Shown in pieces: positions 7,501 to 12,980 of a DNA stretch of 12,980 nt. The stretch comes from Armatimonadota bacterium (lineage in GTDB: Bacteria > Armatimonadota > Armatimonadia > Armatimonadales > Armatimonadaceae): NCBI GenBank assembly GCA_043763605.1, contig JAYULM010000233.1:1-12980 (forward strand), in the 5' to 3' direction. The notes beneath the pieces were generated by a model. It saw nothing but the letters and a program-made list of their open reading frames with translations, was not told where the DNA came from and made no database searches. Made by a program: the position numbers and the translations under genes. Each line of letters opens with the position of its first letter. The first letter of the stretch is position 1.

Positions 7501-9224
7501 CGCCAGGAAGTGGCACCGGTCTTTTCGTCGTAGACGCGTTGCCGTGTCACCAAGCTCACCCGACCGCCGACCGGGCGACCGTCCAGGTCGGACAGGCGCA
7601 ACTCCACCGGCACGACGCCGTTGAGCGGCGCGGTATAGACTTTCGTACGGATGCCGAGGCGTAGCGACGCGGCGTACACGGGCACCGAGCCGGTCGCCGT
7701 GACCTCGCGCCGTTGCCCGTCGGTAACGGTGCAGGAGATCGCGTAGGAAGCGTCGCCGATGTCGCCGCGCGTCGGAAAGGTGATGTTCGCGCGCCCTTCG
7801 GCGTCTGTGGTCACGGTATCGTCGGCGACCACGTCATCGGCGGCGTACGTATCGCGGGCGTACAGGTTTCCGTCGCCGCTGGCAAACCAGGCGGAATCGG
7901 CGGCGTCGCTACCGTTGCCGTCGCCGCTCGCGAACGCGCCGTAGTATGGGGTGGCACTGCGCCGGATCACGTAGCGCACCGTCGCACCGGGGAGCGGCGC
8001 GCCGAAGTAGTAGGTCGCCTGTACCGCGAACGTCCCGGTTTCGCCGGACAGGTACCGCTTTTTCGCGGGCGTGACCGTCGCCAGAAAGTCCGGCTTGCGG
8101 TATTCGGCGACCGTGAACGTCGCGTACGCCTTTTGCCCGTCGCGGGCGGTCAACACCAGCGAGTACGGTCCCAGTGCCCCCTGGGCGGGAATCGCGAACG
8201 ACCCGGCGACCGTGCCGAGCGGACTGCTGGTCTCCGTGGTTTGCTGCTGGACGTTGTCGCGGCTGTCGCGCACCTCGGCGGTCACGGGAACGTTCGCTTC
8301 GGTTGCGTAGCCGGTCCCTTTCGTGCGGCGCAGGATCGCCCGGTACGACACCGTCGCGCCGGGGCGGTACACCGGTCGGTCGGTCTGCAGGTGACTGACC
8401 AGGCGGTTGTCCGGGTCGTTACTGCCGAGCGAGAGCGCGGCGATGTCGGCGGGTGTGCCCGGCGTTTCCCGCGTCACGATCACGGTCTGTGTGGTGTCCG
8501 GGCGCAGTTTCACCCGGTAGATGCCTTCGGAATCAGTGCGCCCTTCGGCACTGGATTTGCCGCTCGCGCGGTCCCACAGCGTCACCTTCGCACCGGTAAC
8601 AGGTGCGCCCGTGCCGTGATCCGTCACCCACGCCAGCAACGAATCGGGTGTCCGTTTGAGCACCACGGCGAGGTTCGTAACATTGACCACCGCCCAATCC
8701 TTCTTGCCGTCGCCGCCGTTCGCGACCAGCAGGTACGTTCCCGGCGGAAGTACCGGCAGGTTGAACTGCTTGCTCCGATAAATGTCGGGCTGTTCGCGCG
8801 ACGATTTCAACTTCGGGTCGCCGACCGTGACCGGGAAAACGCGGGCAGGCTTTCCGGGCGGCAACGCGTCCGGCATCGATCCGCTGTTGCCACCGTCGTT
8901 GCCGTCGCTGTTGTTCTTTTCGCGACGGAGCATCCACCGCGCGGCATCGATCTTGTAGGCGGAAACCGTGATGTGCGCCAGGTTGCGCGTATTGACATAC
9001 AGGCGAATGGCGGGACCGGGAGCCACATCACGCTTCGTGGACAGGCGCACCTCGGTTACAGGCGACGCGACCGGCGGCGGCGGTGCCGGCTTCTGCTGCG
9101 GGGACGGGTCCGCCGCGACGCCGCCGAGGAAAAAGATTCCGAGCGTCAGGGCGAGAGCGGCGACGACACCGAAAATCATCAGGATTCGCGGCAAAAAAGG
9201 TGCTTTGGAGAGGATCGACATAGT
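4578..9224 (-). CDS. Alpha-2-macroglobulin family protein, YfaS/MagD-like size class, lacking the CxEQ thioester, with N-terminal membrane anchor or signal peptide
   Basis: The six-frame ORF runs 4578-9611. Its first 129 codons are Arg-rich, overlap the AMMECR1 gene in another frame and look non-coding. The likely start is Met130 (ATG at 9224), giving MSILSKAPFLPRILMIFGVVAALALTLGIFFLGG (hydrophobic anchor, no lipobox Cys) and about 1547 aa. A2M hallmarks: FLDTAFWNARLVTGSDGNAVATVELPGNLTAWRATAFGVT (the ...TWR... block preceding the A2M domain) followed by RPVMLRLATPRQFVQGDRLTLIGTVSNRTD (the PF00207-like ...fv.l..P.svvrGe.v.l...v.Ny segment). Many beta-rich MG-like repeats upstream and a C-terminal receptor-binding-like domain. 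At the position where GCGEQ is expected the sequence reads YKNSGYGTLAAADL (no Cys-x-Glu-Gln). No CxEQ occurs anywhere in the protein. Confidence 0.85.
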   Translation of the reverse strand, partial: TMSILSKAPFLPRILMIFGVVAALALTLGIFFLGGVAADPSPQQKPAPPPPVASPVTEVRLSTKRDVAPGPAIRLYVNTRNLAHITVSAYKIDAARWMLRREKNNSDGNDGGNSGSMPDALPPGKPARVFPVTVGDPKLKSSREQPDIYRSKQFNLPVLPPGTYLLVANGGDGKKDWAVVNVTNLAVVLKRTPDSLLAWVTDHGTGAPVTGAKVTLWDRASGKSSAEGRTDSEGIYRVKLRPDTTQTVIVTRETPGTPADIAALSLGSNDPDNRLVSHLQTDRPVYRPGATVSYRAILRRTKGTGYATEANVPVTAEVRDSRDNVQQQTTETSSPLGTVAGSFAIPAQGALGPYSLVLTARDGQKAYATFTVAEYRKPDFLATVTPAKKRYLSGETGTFAVQATYYFGAPLPGATVRYVIRRSATPYYGAFASGDGNGSDAADSAWFASGDGNLYARDTYAADDVVADDTVTTDAEGRANITFPTRGDIGDASYAISCTVTDGQRREVTATGSVPVYAASLRLGIRTKVYTAPLNGVVPVELRLSDLDGRPVGGRVSLVTRQRVYDEKTGATSWRVLSQSAAVVPASGKATATVPAAKEGEVELRATITDGAKRIAVAVSAFYVSAPDTKVAAEREEPSVRVRLGAPSYQPGDTVSVFLAANKPERPVLLTVEGNALFAYKVVPPGKSAYTWKLPATAGMAPNAHVSASQWVAVRENPASKTRYTRLLTGGVPLPVPDRSRRLALTVTPDRNDYRPGDRVLYTVRARDGKTGAPVAGAEVALAVIDDAIFAVRPDATPDIYGAFWGYRENHTQTAASAPEEVSGGAYQNAEPTGVAPVRQKFLDTAFWNARLVTGSDGNAVATVELPGNLTAWRATAFGVTGSTAVGHTLSRVTSSRPVMLRLATPRQFVQGDRLTLIGTVSNRTDRERTFRVSLTATGVQPAPGENAAQSVTVPAKGEATVEWRVSADAIPAPDGRAVLEGTLTTEPGPGETLADLSDRVRVSVPVRPRGVATTARVGAAVSGTADETTVSLDLPAGRIEPATEFRVSVRGGAGATARSAAARLYKNSGYGTLAAADLLLVAATPGAPPADSAALRDALALLSRGQTPGGAWGWWDDAPADARVTARVMRALVALKRAPGILPASVPFPENLLKRGIGGGNTLYRETGLWEERAYLAAVLAPLDPASAPFLAEVADRNAGTLSPAATLILAKGFLEAGNKDRARQFTRAITSQSVAGPETAYIPAGERPGQRAGVIETTARALETLVALNDGNDAPARTKLARWLLLPPDGGDGEGRPEATPSEEADIIRALLLYSRAQGNGNSGNGTGSEMPSADDFTLTVNGVAVPWEKRAPGTESIAPLTANVPRDLLKDGANAVTLKRARSTAGEAFVTAEALVYRAQTAEIAAGMRVLRRFESQNEYGVWGEVLPASRLRPGAAVRVTVVVWPNETADAVKVIEPLPAGFEFVDSERGGNAREEVRDGALFHYLPVNGSEPVTFRYYLRSESEGMLMALPATGELIRRPAVRGGSAAQVLDVRDAPKEDKTP

Positions 9225-9253
9225 TGGTGAGTTCCAGTGTTCGTCGGTCGCGG

Positions 9254-9892
9254 TCAGCCGCGAAACCGCCGGGCGACGATGCGCCACAGGCGGCAGGAGG
9301 AATCGTTCGGTACGCCCGCTTTTTTGTACGCCCAGCGGAGTCGGGTCGCCGGGTCGCGCCCTTCGTACGGAAGTACCACGCCGGTGCGGCTCCCGGATTC
9401 GAGCGCGAGTCCGTCGGCGGGCGTGAGCGTCAGGGCTTCCCCGCGCCCGACCGGTTCGAGTCGTTCGATCACCGTCACCGTCACCCGGAACCGGGACAGG
9501 TCGGCGGGCGTCAGCGGGCAGTAGCGCGGGTCGGCGGTGGCGGCGGAGCGCGCGGCGGTCTGCACCTCTGCGCGCAGGGTGGCGAAGCGCGGACGCAGTG
9601 TCCCCCGGCACCCGATCACGGTTCCGTCCCGCTCAATGGTCACGAACACGCCCCGCGCGGGCGTCTCCGGCGACACCGCATCGTGCGCAGGCGCGGATAC
9701 GGAACCAGTGACGGCATTGCGAACCGCATCCCGGGCGAGCGCGATCAGCGCGGCGTCCGGCGTGGGCAGGGGCGAGGCGTTCTGCGCGCGCACCCCGGTA
9801 TCCGCCGCCGCGAGGACGGAAGCAGTAGTTAGAAGCCCGGTGACGATTACGACGCCTCGGAATCGGGCTCTATTCTTGCCATGCGGTTTCAT
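9254..9892 (-). CDS. AMMECR1-domain protein with N-terminal secretion signal
   Basis: 212 aa. N-terminus MKPHGKNRARFRGVVIVTGLLTTASVLAAADTG has a basic n-region plus hydrophobic h-region, a signal-peptide look. AMMECR1 blocks: RGVFVTIERDGTVIGCRGTL (compare the family's .aFVTl....LRGCIG block, with R in place of I here), DPRYCPLTPADLSRFRVTVTVIERLEPV (DPRF.Pl...El..l.ieVSvLs block), DGLALESGSRTGVVLPYEGRD and RLRWAYKKAGVP (C-terminal blocks). 29 bp upstream of the A2M start, same strand. Confidence 0.7.
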   Translation of the reverse strand: MKPHGKNRARFRGVVIVTGLLTTASVLAAADTGVRAQNASPLPTPDAALIALARDAVRNAVTGSVSAPAHDAVSPETPARGVFVTIERDGTVIGCRGTLRPRFATLRAEVQTAARSAATADPRYCPLTPADLSRFRVTVTVIERLEPVGRGEALTLTPADGLALESGSRTGVVLPYEGRDPATRLRWAYKKAGVPNDSSCRLWRIVARRFRG

Positions 9893-10142
9893 TGGCGACA
9901 GTTTAACACATGACTAACGCTGTAGTCAATAGGGGCGTATGGATATTTTCTGGTTTCGATTGAGCATAGCCGAACGAGATGATTGTGGACTGGTTCCACG
10001 CGATCCGCCTCCGATCTCATATCGACGAGTGCCCCCGGTCCAATCGTAACACCGAGCTCCCCACAATTCCGAAAAAATAATTTATCGCGATGATGCCACC
10101 TGCGAAAAGTCGGCGGGTCTGACCTTTTGGAGAACCAATAGG
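9893..10142. promoter_or_regulatory. Divergent intergenic region: lower-GC, should carry promoters for the minus-strand AMMECR1-A2M-deacetylase operon and the plus-strand NfeD-flotillin operon
   Basis: 250 bp without an ORF, visibly AT-richer (for example gaaaaaataatttatcgcgatgatg). Flanked by divergently oriented start codons at 9892 (minus) and 10143 (plus). GGAG at 10129-10132 sits 10 nt upstream of ATG 10143. I could not call -35/-10 boxes confidently. Confidence 0.4.
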
Positions 10143-10877
10143 ATGACGGGTTCGATCTATTTACAGTGGCATTATCTTGCTTTCATAGCACCGATGGCGG
10201 CATCGGCAACCCTGCTGATCCTGTCGGGCATGCGGACCGGCAAACATCGATCACACCAGCGCGGTGGACACATGGCGCGATCCGCCGGGAGCGCGAGAAG
10301 CGTCAGGCACGCATCCCCCCCCGCCAAACACGCGGTTCGGACCACATCCGGGGCAAAACGAAATGGCACCACTCCGGAAGCCGCGAACACCCACGGTGTC
10401 AGCGAGTTTTTTTTCGCGGTTACGGGATTCAATCGATTGTCGCCGCTGTTACTCGCACAGATGTTCTTGTTATATGGCGGTCTGGCAGGCTTCTGGGCTA
10501 ACCGGCTACTACTCCCGAACATCGATACCCCCACGCTCGCACAATGGCTGCCCTGCCTGGGAATCGCAATCGGCGTGGGCACTCTGGGAGCACGCTTATC
10601 CGGCGAATTAATCGCCCGCCTGATGCCGCAAGACGCTTCGTCGGTCACGCGGAGCGATGGGCTGATCGGGCTTACCGGCAAAGTGGTCTTCCCGATCACC
10701 CAAACCAGTGGGCGTATCCACGTTTACGATACGTTCGGCACACTGCACGATCAGACGTGTCGTCTGGCACCCGGACAAGCCCCGATAGATCGGGGCGGTT
10801 TCGCGTTCATTTCCGACCGCGACCCGTCCGGGCATTTTTTAGTTGAGGAAGCGGCGGAGCCAATCCGACTTCGCTGA
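10143..10877 (+). CDS. NfeD-like membrane protein (membrane helices + C-terminal OB-fold beta-barrel), partner of the downstream flotillin
   Basis: 244 aa. Hydrophobic helices YLAFIAPMAASATLLILSGM, LSPLLLAQMFLLYGGLAGFWANRLLL, LAQWLPCLGIAIGVGTLGARL. C-terminal DGLIGLTGKVVFPITQTSGRIHVYDTFGTLHDQTCRLAPGQAPIDRGGFAFISDRDPSGHFLVEE matches the NfeD/YuaF OB-fold pattern (G..G.v....sGrv.v..e.w.a.s...i..G..v.V...dg..L.V). Stop TGA 10875-10877 lies immediately upstream of the flotillin gene. The true start could be an internal Met (for example Met44 or Met107). The basic low-complexity loop between helix 1 and 2 is atypical. Confidence 0.6.
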   Translation: MTGSIYLQWHYLAFIAPMAASATLLILSGMRTGKHRSHQRGGHMARSAGSARSVRHASPPAKHAVRTTSGAKRNGTTPEAANTHGVSEFFFAVTGFNRLSPLLLAQMFLLYGGLAGFWANRLLLPNIDTPTLAQWLPCLGIAIGVGTLGARLSGELIARLMPQDASSVTRSDGLIGLTGKVVFPITQTSGRIHVYDTFGTLHDQTCRLAPGQAPIDRGGFAFISDRDPSGHFLVEEAAEPIRLR

Positions 10878-10913
10878 TGGTTGGAGGTGAATAGCACTAA
10901 GGAGGCTATGGAT

Positions 10914-12941
10914 ATGGGATTCTTAATCCTGTTGTTTGGGGCGGTCGTTATCGTCGTCGGCATGCTGGGAATCGTCCCCGGAACAGGGGGCGTGGTACTC
11001 ACCGTCATCGGGGCGGCAATGATGGTCGCGGGCGTTCCTGCCGGACTCATGACGTTCTACCGGCGCACCAGCGCGGACCAGGCGTTTGTGCGGACGGGGC
11101 ACGGCGGGAGTCTGGTCGTGCTCGACAACGGCGCACTGGTCATTCCGGGGTTGCACCGGTTACTGGAAATCAACCTGCGCACCATGAAACTCGGGGTAAA
11201 CCCGCGCGGCCAGAACGCGCTCATCACGCGCGACAACTTGCGGGCGAACGTCCTCGCGCAGTTCTACATTCGGGTCCAGGCGGACTCCGAGCATATCTTA
11301 AACGCCGCCCGGTCGTTGGGGGAGTCGTCGGTGAACGCCGAGGCGGTGGAGGGGCTGGTATCGGAGAAGCTGGTTTCCGCCCTGCGTGCCATCGCGTCGC
11401 AGATGGACCTGTTCGAGATCCATACCAAGCGCGACGAATTCGCCGAGCGGGTCAAAGAGCATGTCAAGTCGGACCTGGAATCGAACGGTCTGTTGTTAGA
11501 ATCGGTCACGATATCAGAACTGGACCAGACCGACCCCGCCGACCTGTCTGACGACAACGTCTTCGACGCACAGGGGAAACGTAAGATCACCGAGATCACG
11601 GCGGCGGCGGCGGTCGAGCGGAACGCGTTGGAGCGGAACGCGGAGCAGGCACGAAAACTCAAGGACGTCGAAACCCGCCAGCAGATACTGGGACTGGAAC
11701 GGATGCAGGCGGAATCCGAAGCGCAACAGGCGACCGAAATCGCCAAAGTCCGCGCCGACAAGGAGCGCGAGTCGCAGGAGGCGGTGATCACCCAGCAACG
11801 GCAGGTCGAACTCGCCAAGATCGAAAAAGACAAACAACTCCAAGCGCAGGAGATCGGTCGCCAGCAAGCGGTCGAAACGCTCCGGGTGCAACAGGAACAG
11901 GCGGTGCAGGCGGCGGGCATCGAAAAAGAAAAGGCGGTCAGTCTCGCCGGACTGATGAAGCAGATCGCTGTCGCCGAGCAGGAGACGGCACGGGCGAAGG
12001 CGGAAGAAGCCACGCTGGTCGCGTCCGCCGAGCGTGAACGTGCCAGCCAGCAAGTCACCACGGTCACGCAACTCGCGGAAGCGGAACGCGACGCTAACAA
12101 GAAACTGATCGCGTCGCGCCAGGAGATCGAGCAGGCGAAACTGCGCCAGCAGACCACCGCCGATGTCGAGGCGTACTCGCGGATCAAGGAGGCGGACGCC
12201 GAACGCGAATCGTCGGAAATGCAGGCGCAGGCGAAACTTCAACTTGCCGAAGCCGAAGCACACTCGCGGGAAATGATCGCGAAAGGCGAACGCGCCCAGC
12301 AGATGGTCGCGGTGGAAGTCGCCCGCGAACAGGTGGACGTGGAGCAGGCGCAGGTTGCGGTCGAGCGACAACAACTGGAAAACCGGCAGCAGTTCGCCGA
12401 AGCCGGTATCCATTTAGAGATACAGCGGCTGAGCATTCAGGCGAACCGCGATGTTCAGATCGAATTCGCGAAATCGCTGGCGAACTTCCTGGCGTCGGGG
12501 CGTATGACGCTGTACGGCACGCCCGAAACGGCGACCATGATGCTTGACAACATGGCGAAAGGGTTCGGTTTGCGGTCCATGGTCGAGGGCTTCGTGAACG
12601 GATCGGGCGGAGACGGAACAGGGAAAATTCCGGCGACTAACGGCACGACGGCGACCGCTGAACTGGTGCCGGCCACCAACGGCAACGGCACCCACGCCTC
12701 GGGCGACGCTGTCGGGGCGTTGCTCAGTCAGGTCGGCGGTCTGTTGCAACCGGCAATCACGCGTCTGACCAACGGTTCGGCAAATAGCAAGCCTGCGCCG
12801 TCGGCGGACGAGGTCGCGCGACGGCTCGCGGACGACCCGGCACTACTCGCCGCGCTCCGAAACGCCCTCGCAACGGCGCAAACAGATGAGGAAGAAGAGG
12901 CGACGCCCATTAAAGAAGTGGCGGGAATGACGCGCAAATAA
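10914..12941 (+). CDS. Flotillin-like SPFH/band-7 protein (YqiK/FloA type) with a long Glu/Ala/Gln-rich coiled coil and a Gly/Thr/Asn-rich C-terminal tail
   Basis: The ORF opens at TTG 10881, but a strong Shine-Dalgarno AAGGAGG at 10899-10905 lies 8 nt upstream of ATG 10914 (MGFLILLFGAVVIVVGMLGIV..., N-terminal membrane hairpin). SPFH core: ADQAFVRTGHGGSLVVLDNGALVIPGLHRLLEINLRTMKLGVNPRGQNALITRDNLRANVLAQFYIRV. Then about 300 aa of EA/Q heptad-like repeats (flotillin coiled-coil domain). C-terminal tail is NGTTATAELVPATNGNGTHASGD... Confidence 0.85.
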   Translation: MGFLILLFGAVVIVVGMLGIVPGTGGVVLTVIGAAMMVAGVPAGLMTFYRRTSADQAFVRTGHGGSLVVLDNGALVIPGLHRLLEINLRTMKLGVNPRGQNALITRDNLRANVLAQFYIRVQADSEHILNAARSLGESSVNAEAVEGLVSEKLVSALRAIASQMDLFEIHTKRDEFAERVKEHVKSDLESNGLLLESVTISELDQTDPADLSDDNVFDAQGKRKITEITAAAAVERNALERNAEQARKLKDVETRQQILGLERMQAESEAQQATEIAKVRADKERESQEAVITQQRQVELAKIEKDKQLQAQEIGRQQAVETLRVQQEQAVQAAGIEKEKAVSLAGLMKQIAVAEQETARAKAEEATLVASAERERASQQVTTVTQLAEAERDANKKLIASRQEIEQAKLRQQTTADVEAYSRIKEADAERESSEMQAQAKLQLAEAEAHSREMIAKGERAQQMVAVEVAREQVDVEQAQVAVERQQLENRQQFAEAGIHLEIQRLSIQANRDVQIEFAKSLANFLASGRMTLYGTPETATMMLDNMAKGFGLRSMVEGFVNGSGGDGTGKIPATNGTTATAELVPATNGNGTHASGDAVGALLSQVGGLLQPAITRLTNGSANSKPAPSADEVARRLADDPALLAALRNALATAQTDEEEEATPIKEVAGMTRK

Positions 12942-12980
12942 CCGCGTCCCACACAGTCGCGCCGCGCGGGTAACTCCCCC

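Noticed and set aside
7713-9230. 505-aa plus-strand ORF antisense to the A2M gene (and similar antisense ORFs 1440-2906, 5939-6547, 6705-7664, 6055-6825)
   Set aside because: Typical high-GC antisense open frames: extremely Arg/Gly/Ala-rich, no domain signatures, fully nested in genes whose sense-strand translation has clear family motifs.
9225-9611. N-terminal 129 codons of the 1677-aa six-frame ORF (MPGDTASALRHPARRG...)
   Set aside because: Arg/Pro-rich with no hydrophobic or structured segments, and it overlaps the motif-bearing AMMECR1 reading frame. A Met followed by a convincing membrane helix occurs at 9224. Treated as spurious 5' extension.
10881-10913. TTG start at 10881 (and ATG at 10908) for the flotillin
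   Set aside because: AAGGAGG at 10899-10905 lies inside this stretch, only 2 nt from ATG 10908 but at an ideal 8 nt from ATG 10914. So 10914 is preferred. The upstream codons would add a non-hydrophobic leader (EVNSTKEAMD) ahead of the membrane hairpin.
11264-12413. Minus-strand ORFs (307 aa Cys/Ser-rich, 299 aa Leu/Arg/Phe-rich) inside the flotillin gene
   Set aside because: They are the reverse-frame reading of the repetitive GAA/GCG/CAG codons of the EA/Q coiled coil. The sense strand encodes an unmistakable SPFH/flotillin protein.

Overview
GC-rich bacterial chromosomal window. Coding density is high in the GC-rich parts, and there are three conspicuously lower-GC non-coding gaps (1-479, 888-1328, 9893-10142). 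I can support seven protein-coding genes by recognisable motifs. Minus strand, right to left: (a) a three-gene operon encoding a signal-peptide-bearing AMMECR1-domain protein (9254-9892), a roughly 1547-aa alpha-2-macroglobulin-family protein with no CxEQ thioester (4578-9224) and a thioredoxin-like/NodB polysaccharide-deacetylase fusion (3574-4581), whose GTG start overlaps the A2M stop; (b) after a 322-bp spacer holding a perfect 74-bp-arm inverted repeat, a lipoprotein with a Big_2 Ig-like domain, a Pro/Thr linker and a di-haem cytochrome c peroxidase module (1329-3251), followed by a GC hairpin; (c) a small membrane-anchored CHAP-domain amidase/peptidase (480-887) sitting between two lower-GC non-coding stretches. 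Plus strand, transcribed divergently from the A2M operon: an NfeD-like membrane protein (10143-10877) and a long flotillin/SPFH protein with an extended Glu/Ala/Gln coiled coil (10914-12941). The NfeD/flotillin pair is a textbook arrangement. The most unusual items are the unconventional A2M operon (exported AMMECR1 + thioester-less A2M + Trx-deacetylase fusion) and the giant perfect palindrome between that operon and the peroxidase gene. No tRNA, rRNA, CRISPR or transposase was detected. All antisense long ORFs look like high-GC frame artefacts.
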